The notes under the pieces were generated by a model, which had not been told where the DNA came from, made no database searches, and saw only the letters and a program-made list of their open reading frames with translations. A program made the position numbers and the translations under genes. A stretch of 64,000 bases of DNA from the sequence record MG655267.1; one strand, given 5' to 3'. How positions within the stretch are numbered: position 1 is the stretch's first letter; every line of letters starts with the position of its first letter. Shown here one piece after another: positions 1 through 9,800 of the stretch.

Positions 1-3000
1 CATCATCATTAAGTTCACCGGTTGACCACGGCGAGGTCTTAATGGTCCAAACAGAGATCGCATTCACGCCATCGCTGTATTTGGCATTGGTCATCGCTGT
101 CGCTGCAGCGAACTTCAACTCAGGTGGCATCTTCGGTACAGCAAGCGTCGGTCGACTGTCTCCGGTCTGGGTATAGACCGTGCTGGCAAACGCTAAGTAC
201 GCCGGTAAGAAGCGACGAGTAAACCATGGCTCCCATGATTTGTAAGACCACTGGTTGGATGGACTCAAGCCAAAGCTTGCAGCAACAACCCGGTAGATGT
301 CTGAGGCTTTACCGTCAAACGTCGCACCATTATCTGCAAACTTGATCTTGTTCGCCATCACCAGTTCCAACTGCAGGAGTGTCGACACACGATCAACATC
401 CAACGTTGGCAGGCCATACACTTTCATACGCAGCGCAGTGAGATCATCCATCGGCTGACCGGCTTTAGGTAGTAAGCCACCTAAGAGATCCCCGGCACTG
501 ACCACAGTACGATCACCGGTAAACCACGACGACTCTTTATGTCCAACCGTTTTCAGCTCAGGGATATCACCATTTGGATTAATGGCTTTGACCATGTCAC
601 TGCTGAGTTCACGGCTGGAGGCAACCTTATCCATCCCGGTTGCAAAGACCGACGCTGATTTCCCCGTGGTCATCTTCTGAGCTTTGTTGCGCAGACGATC
701 CAGCACATCTTTTACCAGCGCTTCGGTCTGTTTGCGATCAGTTGCATTCAGATCCGGGAAGATACGACCAGTAAACATGTACGGGTGATCAGATGACTCA
801 TCGAACTGTTGTGCGCGTTTGGCGATCTCGTACTTTGCCGCTTCATCCGTCGACTTATCCAGATCCATGAAGGCCTGGCTTGGGAGGACTTGTTTCGCCA
901 CGGCTTTGTGGGTCAGGTAAACCGGTTTGAAGCGATGCAGGAACCAACCCGCGAATTGCTCCACTTGCTCACGGTCATTCGGGTCATCAACAAACAATGA
1001 ACCGAGTTGGGCGATTGGGGCTTTCGGGTCGAGTGAGGCATAGCCATCATCGGTGGTTTTGACATACGGCTCTAACGCTGCTTCCAACTTCAGGATGGCC
1101 GAGACATGACTGGAGTCATTATCCGGAACACCATACTGACGCAGACGCATCTGCTGCAGTAAACCCGGGTCATTAAACCAAGTGTATAAAGAACGACCGA
1201 TAGCACCGCCCCCTAATGCACCAATGGCCCCGCCAGCAATAGCACCAATGGCTGTACCGACAACTGGCACGACTGAACCGATAGCCGCACCCATCGCCGC
1301 ACCGCCCAGAATACCACCAATACCGGAGCCAGCTGCTTCTGCCACACCTGCATTGTCACCTGCCTTGTACGAATCCCACGCTTCCAGTGCTGAGACCCCG
1401 GCTGTGACAATCCCGCCACCTTTAACCAATAGTTTCAGGTTACCGGCAACACCCCGGCCCAGCATACCGCCTGTACGACCGACGATACCCCGACCCAGAC
1501 CACGGACACCACGGGCAGCTTTGCCGGCTAAGCGACTAATCAACCCACCACGTGGGCGAGGACCACCACCGCCGCGATTACGACGCCCACCCCGACGTCT
1601 CCGCCGCCTGCGACCGCCTTCCTCTTCACCGCCCTCATCATCACCGAGCGCATCGCTGAGTTCATCCATGACGCCTTTGCCGCCGGAGATCACACTACCG
1701 ATCCCTTTGACAATATCACCGATCCAACCCAGTCCTAAGAACTTGGCCAGCCCACCGAGGATACCGAACTCCTTGATACCGGAGACCAGACCAGTAACGG
1801 AGGAGAACAACCCCGCCACCAATCCAAACAATGTGGTGGGTTTCTCCTTGTCTTTGGCGTGGTCGTCAGAGTCATGTGCGTGTTGGGCTTCTTCACGTTC
1901 TTTCTTCTGTTGAGCACGGCGACGAATCAGATCAGCAACCGAGTTATTACGCACCCCATCGTGATCCGGGTCACTGGCATCTTCCCGTTTCTTATCACGT
2001 AACATCCGCCATAAGCCACGAGTCGCTTTGAAGCCTAATACTGCCGGCATGACAGTAGTCCACTTCGCAACGGTCAAGACAGGGCTGTTAATATTCGGTA
2101 AGCTTTTGAAGACTTTACGAATCAACCCAGATGACTTGCCTTGGTTACTCATCCGACCCGACAGTTTACGCAACCACCCCTGACGCTCATTCACCGAATC
2201 CTTCATAATGTCAGGATCACCGGTCACTTGCGCAATGGTGGCATCTTTGGTTGCTGTTACGCTATCACGCACAGAAGCCAGGACACCGATGGTTTCACGC
2301 AGCAAGGCATTGTTATCAAGTTGGGCCTGTACAATCGCTGCCGTCTCTGATGCACTGCCCGCATCCGGTGCAGTAATCCCTTCAGAAGGTAAGCGAGTGC
2401 GTGAAGCCCGATCCGCCGTACCGTCATTGAACACACCAGAGGAGCGTACGACTTCTGCTTCCTGAGCAATCTCTGAAGCTGCCTCTTCTACAGCTTGACG
2501 ACCAAAGCGACGTTGCAGTTCGGTGGTGGCATTACGCAACGCTTCCTTACCACTGGATGCCGCATTCAGCAACGCTTGTTTCACCGCACTGGTGTCTGGA
2601 CGGACTGAGTTGATCTTGCCAAACAAGTTACTGGCACTTTCACCCATGTTACGCAATGAATCACCCAGACCGCCACTACCGCCTGCAGCGCCTGCCGCAC
2701 CCGCACCACCAAAGCCGTTTACTCGATCGCGCAGACTTTGGCCAAGGCTATTATCCAAACGACGAGCAATACGATTAACAGCAACCTCCCCATATCGCGC
2801 ACGAAGCTGCTGAAGCACCACTTGATAATATTCCGGACTGTTAGCTCGGGCTTGGGAAAGTTGTGCACGGATCTCCTCCTCTTGTTCACGGGTGAGTCGA
2901 CCCCGCAGGTTGCCCAGACTGTCTGTTACGCCACGACGCAGGTTATCCAGCGTCTCACGCCCCATCTCACCGAGTTCTGCTCCAGGGTTAACATTACTGC

Positions 3001-5137
3001 CGCGTTCATTGGAATCTTCCCCTTCACGATCAGGACGATAGTTCGGGTTAGCAATGAACTTCTGCATCATCTCCCAGTACATCTCGTGGTTAAAGACATC
3101 CTGGCCATTAACCCGTTTGATGACGCCCATGTCTTTGAGCTGTGCCCGACTACCACTGTTGGCCATGGTATTCAGTGACTGCTCGACATTCGGCATATAC
3201 TGCGACTGGGCCTGCATAACGTTAGACAGGTTGTTACGCATCTGTGCCAGTTCGGGTGCATCGCCAATCTGATAATCACCAAAGGCTTTGGCCCGACCGG
3301 TTGCTTCCCGAGTGTCGAAACGTTTGTGCAAGAACTCATTGATCTCCTGCACTGCTTCTTTATTGGCATTGCCCCAGCCACTGGACTTCAAGTAGGTGTT
3401 GACGTTGAAGCCATCACCCGCTTCAGCATCCCGGGCAAAACGCATCGCTAATGCCACACGGGCATTGGGTGAGAGCTCCTGGTCGGGGTCGAGGGTTTCC
3501 ACCATGGTATTGAAGGAACCTGCGGCCGAGGAGAACTCATTGCGATTAAAGATCGACGAACGCAGATCGACGTTCGCCCGTTTCTTGGAAGTGAAGCCAC
3601 CCTGGATGTGGTTGAAGTGCACTTCCGACACCGACCCGACATCTGCTTCCAGTTTATTGGCAATCGCCGTTTGCTGGGCCAGTTGTTTAGTCAGTAAGCC
3701 TGGAATCACTTCCACCAATGAACGCCGTGACATCTGATCCCAAACAGCCGGTTCAGTCAGGTCTTTCACGCCAGGGTTGTGCAACCGAGTACGGTTACCC
3801 ATGGAGGCCGGCAATTGAAAGAGGGCGTTATTCAGGAAGGGGTTGACGACGCGCTTTTGTAACCGCGTGTGCCATTTATTCCCCTCGGCATTCGGATCGA
3901 AGTTCTCATCAAACGACTGACGGTTACGTAACCAACCATTGATCAGACCCGGTGCCGCATTTGAGTAATAGCTTAAGTCATGACCCATGCGGTTCAGACC
4001 CGGGTTACGCGACAGTGCAGGACGGGCTAAAGAGGAAAGCATCATCGGCAACATACCGACCAGTCCTTGACCCGCCATCTGTCCGTAGTCACGGGCGCCA
4101 AGCGAACGCCCCATCATGCGGGCCTGTTGTGCACCCATCATGGCAGCACGGGCGGCAGCAATGCCGCCCGAAGCGCGGTGGTTCATATCCTGGCTACGCT
4201 GATCCACCATGTTAAAGACATTGTCAAACAGACGGTTACCAAATTGCGAGACCGTACCACCTAACCCACCCAGTGCACGTTTACGAATCAACTCACGGGC
4301 CGAGGCAGAATGACTCATCTTTTCGAAGTCAGTTAAGCCGGTATTTTTCACCAGACTTGACATGGCGTCCAGACTGCGTTTGTAGAAACGTTCTTGCATC
4401 TTGCCAATTGACAACTGCAGTTTATACGAACGGTACTGGAGCTCTAATGACTTGCGCTGGTAGTTGGCAGTGAACTGCTCATTAAAGCCAACGGTACGGG
4501 CTGTGAGGCGATGGATGCCTTGCATGAAGGCCAGACTGTCTGCAGAGACGCTCGCTTGTCTGGTGGCGACTGCGGCGGTCTGTGCCATGCTCTCTTTATG
4601 CAGGGCCACAGCCAGCTGACTCGACTGCAGCGTAGCCTGCTGCATCATGGTGACGTAGTCATCGTTCTCGTTACCGGTTGAGCCGTCGTCCAGACCGGGA
4701 TCGGCAGGTTTGGTGCTGGAGACCGAATAATCGATGTCTTTATTCTCAGCCCAGACTTCAATTTGCTTTAAGACCTTCTCCGGCAATTTCCCACCGTACA
4801 TCGATAATGCATCGAGGGTTAGGTCTTTGATGTCATTGACAGAGTTACGGGTATTACTTTTAACTTTATCGTATAGGTCATCTTTGAATCTTGCTGCGCG
4901 ATCTTTTGCATCAAACGCAGGCGAAAACGATGCGGGTAACAAAGAGCGAATGATACGCTGAGGAGTGCCTTTAGTGAACACTTCCTCTTTGGCACCAGTC
5001 CAAAGGCCTGCGGCGAACTCACGAATCGCCCCGCCTTTACCCTTCTTCTTCGTACTTGCATCGTCACCGAAATCGAAGTCAAAGTCCAGGTCAAGGTCAC
5101 CCAGATCTTCGTACTCGACTTTGACATTCTCGGCCAT
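1..5137 (-). CDS. Tape-measure/large tail protein (phiKZ gp181-like), 3'-truncated by the window edge (>1700 aa)
   Basis: ATG at 5137 (MAENVKVEYEDLGDLDLDFDF...). The same frame is open wherever I translated it, down to base 2. It contains Gly/Ala-rich TMP-type repeats (GIGGILGGAAMGAAIGSVVPVVGTAIGAIAGG), an acidic/Arg-rich patch and a duplicated 'LR..YG...WF..RF.P.YL' unit. It lies divergent from the vRNAP genes, as in phiKZ-like phages. It is absent from the ORF track, probably because it has no stop codon in the window. Confidence 0.85.
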   Translation of the reverse strand, partial: MAENVKVEYEDLGDLDLDFDFDFGDDASTKKKGKGGAIREFAAGLWTGAKEEVFTKGTPQRIIRSLLPASFSPAFDAKDRAARFKDDLYDKVKSNTRNSVNDIKDLTLDALSMYGGKLPEKVLKQIEVWAENKDIDYSVSSTKPADPGLDDGSTGNENDDYVTMMQQATLQSSQLAVALHKESMAQTAAVATRQASVSADSLAFMQGIHRLTARTVGFNEQFTANYQRKSLELQYRSYKLQLSIGKMQERFYKRSLDAMSSLVKNTGLTDFEKMSHSASARELIRKRALGGLGGTVSQFGNRLFDNVFNMVDQRSQDMNHRASGGIAAARAAMMGAQQARMMGRSLGARDYGQMAGQGLVGMLPMMLSSLARPALSRNPGLNRMGHDLSYYSNAAPGLINGWLRNRQSFDENFDPNAEGNKWHTRLQKRVVNPFLNNALFQLPASMGNRTRLHNPGVKDLTEPAVWDQMSRRSLVEVIPGLLTKQLAQQTAIANKLEADVGSVSEVHFNHIQGGFTSKKRANVDLRSSIFNRNEFSSAAGSFNTMVETLDPDQELSPNARVALAMRFARDAEAGDGFNVNTYLKSSGWGNANKEAVQEINEFLHKRFDTREATGRAKAFGDYQIGDAPELAQMRNNLSNVMQAQSQYMPNVEQSLNTMANSGSRAQLKDMGVIKRVNGQDVFNHEMYWEMMQKFIANPNYRPDREGEDSNERGSNVNPGAELGEMGRETLDNLRRGVTDSLGNLRGRLTREQEEEIRAQLSQARANSPEYYQVVLQQLRARYGEVAVNRIARRLDNSLGQSLRDRVNGFGGAGAAGAAGGSGGLGDSLRNMGESASNLFGKINSVRPDTSAVKQALLNAASSGKEALRNATTELQRRFGRQAVEEAASEIAQEAEVVRSSGVFNDGTADRASRTRLPSEGITAPDAGSASETAAIVQAQLDNNALLRETIGVLASVRDSVTATKDATIAQVTGDPDIMKDSVNERQGWLRKLSGRMSNQGKSSGLIRKVFKSLPNINSPVLTVAKWTTVMPAVLGFKATRGLWRMLRDKKREDASDPDHDGVRNNSVADLIRRRAQQKKEREEAQHAHDSDDHAKDKEKPTTLFGLVAGLFSSVTGLVSGIKEFGILGGLAKFLGLGWIGDIVKGIGSVISGGKGVMDELSDALGDDEGGEEEGGRRRRRRRGGRRNRGGGGPRPRGGLISRLAGKAARGVRGLGRGIVGRTGGMLGRGVAGNLKLLVKGGGIVTAGVSALEAWDSYKAGDNAGVAEAAGSGIGGILGGAAMGAAIGSVVPVVGTAIGAIAGGAIGALGGGAIGRSLYTWFNDPGLLQQMRLRQYGVPDNDSSHVSAILKLEAALEPYVKTTDDGYASLDPKAPIAQLGSLFVDDPNDREQVEQFAGWFLHRFKPVYLTHKAVAKQVLPSQAFMDLDKSTDEAAKYEIAKRAQQFDESSDHPYMFTGRIFPDLNATDRKQTEALVKDVLDRLRNKAQKMTTGKSASVFATGMDKVASSRELSSDMVKAINPNGDIPELKTVGHKESSWFTGDRTVVSAGDLLGGLLPKAGQPMDDLTALRMKVYGLPTLDVDRVSTLLQLELVMANKIKFADNGATFDGKASDIYRVVAASFGLSPSNQWSYKSWEPWFTRRFLPAYLAFASTVYTQTGDSRPTLAVPKMPPELKFAAATAMTNAKYSDGVNAISVWTIKTSPWSTGELNDD

Positions 5138-5179
5138 GTTAACACCTTTATCAAGTTGCTGCTAAAAGGATCACTCATC

Positions 5180-6796
5180 ATGCGGTCAGCATTACTACCT
5201 TTTAACATTAAGATTACTGACTCCAAGCAGATCCCCTGGAGAATGATGCGACCCGTTACGTCGCTCGATATTTACGACGGCCTAACCACTGAGCTGAACG
5301 ATAACGGTCTGTACTCAATTCCCATTTTTGGACGCGTTGGATCGGAAGAACGTGATGAGCGATTTAGCTACATCCACATCAAGTGCGCCGTGTTCCATCC
5401 TGATATCTTCCGGGCACTGACTGCATTAAAGCAGATGTACGCAGGGATTCTCTCCGGTAACGTGTACGCGACATGGAGCGAGGAAGAGAAGGACTTCATA
5501 AAATCTACCCCGCTTGATGGCGACACCGGTTTTTCCTTCTTTGTTAAACATTGGAAAAGCATAGAATTTAAGCAGACTGGCTCGCCGGCCCGTAGCGACA
5601 AGATCGCCCTGGTCGAGAAGTTCAAGGATGTGGCCCTCTATCGTAACATCCTGGTCTCACCAGCAGGTATCCGTGAAATCCAGATTGATGAGCGCGGGCG
5701 CACCATCGAGAACGAAGTCAACTCCCTGTACCGTAAGTTATTGTCAGCCGCGAACACCATCACTGATGATCCTTCTGCCGCCGATACCTCACTGTATGAC
5801 TCGGTGCGTTGGTCATTACAGAACCGCTTCAATGAGATCTACAAAAGTTACGCGGACATGCTGGAAGGTAAACGCGGGATCTTACAACAGAAGTGGGGTC
5901 GTCGTCGTATCTTCAACGGCACCCGAAACGTCATCACGGCCGCCCCTATCGGTACAGCCACACTCGGTGCGTTAAACTCCCCGCACATGAATGACACCCA
6001 GATCGGTCTGCATGAACTGGCCCGTGGTGCATTGCCGTTAACCATCCATGGTTTATTGAATGGTTGGCTGAAGCATGTCTTTAATGACGGGACGCGGATT
6101 CAGGTCATCAACCCGAAGACCCTGAAACAGGAGTCGGTGGAAGTCGACATCCCGACCGTCACCAAGTGGACGACCCAGGAAGGCCTGGAGAAGCTTATCG
6201 CGGGCTTTAAAGATGTGACGTTGCGTAACAAGCCGATCACCATCCAAGGCCGCTACATCGGTTTGGTGTACGCTGACAACGATCATTTCCGGGTGTTCGG
6301 GGATATCGATGAATTACCTGCTTCGTTTAATCGCGAGCTGGTTCATCCGATGACCTACACCGAGTTACTGTACCTGTGTTTGTACCAACGCTGGAACACT
6401 CTTTATATGCTGGTTACTCGTTACCCCATTACGGGTATGGGGTCGGTATACCAGACCAAAGCGTTTGTGCGCACAACCATCAAATCCAGCGTGAAGATCG
6501 AACTCGATGCCGAATGGAAACCCATTCCTGGCGCGTACGCTACCGCCTTCCCGATTCACGATCGCTTTGCTGAGTTCATGGATTCGCTTTCAGTTCACCC
6601 CAGTCGCCTTGGCTTGCTCGGTGGTGACTATGACGGTGACACCATGTCAGCAACCATCCTGCTCGGTGACGATGTCCTGCGGGAATGTGCGATGTTGCTC
6701 TCACGGCGTGAATCGTACATTACCGGCCGCGGTGAGTTCTTGATCGATGTCACCAATGAAACCTTGGACTTTACCCTCAAGGCGCTGACTTCTTAA
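5180..6796 (+). CDS. Virion RNA polymerase beta' subunit, catalytic (middle) fragment (phiKZ gp180-like)
   Basis: Contains RLGLLGGDYDGDT (DxDGD Mg-binding motif) and GKRGILQQKWGRRRIFNGTRNVI (beta' conserved region). AAGGA RBS at 5166-5170 supports the ATG at 5180. Confidence 0.92.
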   Translation: MRSALLPFNIKITDSKQIPWRMMRPVTSLDIYDGLTTELNDNGLYSIPIFGRVGSEERDERFSYIHIKCAVFHPDIFRALTALKQMYAGILSGNVYATWSEEEKDFIKSTPLDGDTGFSFFVKHWKSIEFKQTGSPARSDKIALVEKFKDVALYRNILVSPAGIREIQIDERGRTIENEVNSLYRKLLSAANTITDDPSAADTSLYDSVRWSLQNRFNEIYKSYADMLEGKRGILQQKWGRRRIFNGTRNVITAAPIGTATLGALNSPHMNDTQIGLHELARGALPLTIHGLLNGWLKHVFNDGTRIQVINPKTLKQESVEVDIPTVTKWTTQEGLEKLIAGFKDVTLRNKPITIQGRYIGLVYADNDHFRVFGDIDELPASFNRELVHPMTYTELLYLCLYQRWNTLYMLVTRYPITGMGSVYQTKAFVRTTIKSSVKIELDAEWKPIPGAYATAFPIHDRFAEFMDSLSVHPSRLGLLGGDYDGDTMSATILLGDDVLRECAMLLSRRESYITGRGEFLIDVTNETLDFTLKALTS

Positions 6797-6807
6797 TAAG
6801 GTGTCCC

Positions 6808-9800
6808 ATGATTCTTTATAATGCTTTCTTCCGTCGAACTGTAGTGCGCAAGAAAGAACAGATCTTTGGCCCGCGGTTCTTGCAACTGTCACAGTTTGAA
6901 TTACCCCGTGGGTCATTGCTTCATTATATCCCAACGGATCTGACTGAACAGGGGATTGAGAACAACGACCTGTTGATCAACCGTTACAGTGATGACATCT
7001 ATATCGACCACGTACCACAGATCCAAACGCCGTTGGGTAACCCGCAGCGCAAACCGATCTCCCTGATGCCTGCGATCAAGCGTTATCACAACACCCACCG
7101 TCGCTTTAAGCTGGTGCGTAACATCAACTCCGTAATCCGCAACAAGCTGTACATGATCGTGGAGAACTACGCCATTGCTCAGCACCAGTTGGTGTATCGC
7201 CCGGCTATGTATTCCAACTACTACCGTTGGTACAACATGCAGTACACGGTGATGCACAACATGACCCGGCTGCAAGGTGAGTCAGATCGCAACCAGTTTG
7301 TCTATCTGCCGATTCCTGCTTCGCTGCCGCAGTTGGCCCAGCTGAAGATCTACGAAGAGCGTCTGTCCGCAGGCTTGGATAAAGTCAGCAATGGCACCGG
7401 GCTTGAGAACTTCGATGACCTCAGCGCCGAAGCGCGCATTGGTTACGCCATGGAAGCCATGCTGGAATACCAGGATACGGCGGACCTGAGTCAACCAATG
7501 GCCCGTGACCAGGCGATGGCTTTCCAGACCCTGGTGATGAACGCCACCAATGACACGGTGAACCTGGCACAACGTATTCCCGGTTACTACAACGGCGATG
7601 CAGGCTCGGTGCTACGGGTTGGGATGGAAGCGTTGGGTGCGTATGCCTCGAAGGTGATGAACTTCACCCCGCAGTTGTCCATGGCGGTGATGAACCGTTT
7701 ACGTACGCCGGCGGATTACTGGTTCATTCACTTCTGGATGTGGCTCGGTAATCAACGTGAAGCCTCGCTGTTCAGTATGCTTGACCACGACAAGCTCGAT
7801 AAGATCCACTTGGTGTTGGGTAACGTTGGTGCGTACTCCGTCATCCGTTTGGATATTCTCGATCAGTGGCGTACTGAGATCTTAAGCAAGACCTCAAACC
7901 CTGAAACCGCGGTGCAGAACTTCCGTAAGCATATCCTGAAGTTCTTGACCCGTCTGTTTGATGTGAAGAACGGTAACGAACTGGTTATTGAACATCTTGA
8001 CGATGGAGCGGATGCACATGAGGTCGGTGAAGAAGGTCAGGAGATTGCGCCGGAGCAGGGCAGTGTGGTTCCGCCAACAGCAGATACCGGACTATTCGGT
8101 ACTGAGCTTCCAACCCTGGACGACCCCGCCCCTGTCGTTGCGTCTAGCACTAAGAAGGGAACAAGTAAAGGAAAAGACATTGGTTCTGCTCTGAACGACG
8201 AAGAGCCGATCGATGCCGTGGACCTCTACGAAACCCGCACCTTAGCCGATGACATCGACGACGATGAGTTTAACCACGACACCGAAAGCCGTCGGGGTGA
8301 AGCAGCAGCGTATACCGACACGAGCACTAATCCGGAAGACGGGGTGTTGCTCTACCTGGAACGCCTGAGCGATGCCGGAGTGTTAACGGTTGCGGAATAC
8401 AAACGTTTCCAGCAATTGGCCGTGGCGTATAAGAACATCCCGAACCCCGTGGGTGAAGGGACGTTAGCCGACCTGATGATTATCGACCCGTTAAAGGTCA
8501 CTGATCTCGGTGGTCTCGATGCCCCGGACTCAATCAGTATTATCGATAAGGGCTTACTCAAATCCTCCACCAAGGACTTTGATAAGAACTACATCAAGAA
8601 CCTGATGGAAGCGGATATCCTCAATGCGGTGTTGTCGATTCAGAACTCCGGTGTGGCGATCATCGATTACCAGCGTGAAGAGAAGAAAGACGCCCGCAAC
8701 AGCTACGTGGTTTACAGCGTGCAGGTGCAGCCGGTTGGCGGTAAAGTCACCACCCTGCGTTTTCGTGTCCCGAAGCTGAACGAAGATGGCACCTCGGTGG
8801 TCAATGGCGTGAAATCCCGTCTGCGTAAACAACGTGTGGATATTCCGATTCGTAAAGTCTCTGCCAGCAAAGTCTCATTAACCAGTTACTACGGTAAACT
8901 GTTTATGGAGCGCTCTGAACTGTCGGTACACAACTACAGCGAATGGTTATCACGGCGTATCAAAGCGCTGGCGATTGCGGATACCCCAGAGATCACCCGT
9001 CTGGTACTGGGTCGCTCCTTTGATCCGAAGGTACGCGTCCCTCACCTGTATGCGATTCTGGCCTCGCAGTTCAAAGGTTTCCAGTATCTCGATTACACCT
9101 TCAACTTTAACCGCCGGGAAATGGTGGCGGTGTTTGGCGAAGAGGTGATTGAGAAATACGCTGAGAACCGTTTCGTGGTCTGTGGCATGATCGAAGACAG
9201 TCCGCTGTTGATGGATGATAACGGCACGCTGTATCAAGCCAACAACGACGTGTTGTCAAACCTGGGTGATTTCGAAACCTTAATTGGTCTGGATGTTTCC
9301 AAGGCGCCAATCGAAACTGTGGTGTTAGGCGTATTCCGTCAGAAGGTACCGATTGGAGTTATCCTCGCGTACTACTACGGTCTGGGTGCGATGATTGAGC
9401 AGTTCAATCTGCAGGTGCGTACGGCTAACCGGGGTGAGCGTTATCAACTGACCAAAGATGAACGGGCGATCTTGTTCAACGATGAAGTGCTGATCTTTAA
9501 CCGTACCGATCGTTTGGGTGCGATGTTACTGAACGGCTTTAACTCGTATGCCAAAGAAGTCAGTCGCTTCTCGCGGTATGACTTTGACCGTAAGTCGGTT
9601 TACCTGAATGTGCTCTCTTCTGCGGGTATGGGTGTGCGGTGGTTACGTGAGTTCGATCTGATGCGTGAGATGTACATCGATCCGATCACGCGTGAAGAAC
9701 TGCTGAAGATGAATGCGCCGGTGAAGTTTGATCTGCTGCTGGTTCATGGCACGAAGATGCTGCTGAATGATCAACACATTCGTGAGACCTCATTCCGTGA

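Noticed and set aside
1182-1913. 243-aa Pro-rich ORF on the + strand (and the other + ORFs within 1-5137)
   Set aside because: Antisense shadow of the Gly/Ala-rich tape-measure gene on the minus strand; no RBS, and the composition follows from the GGN codons opposite.
5138-5179. Defined bidirectional promoter in the 42-bp gap between the tape-measure and vRNAP genes
   Set aside because: A promoter must be nearby, but I could not identify a specific motif beyond the two RBSs.
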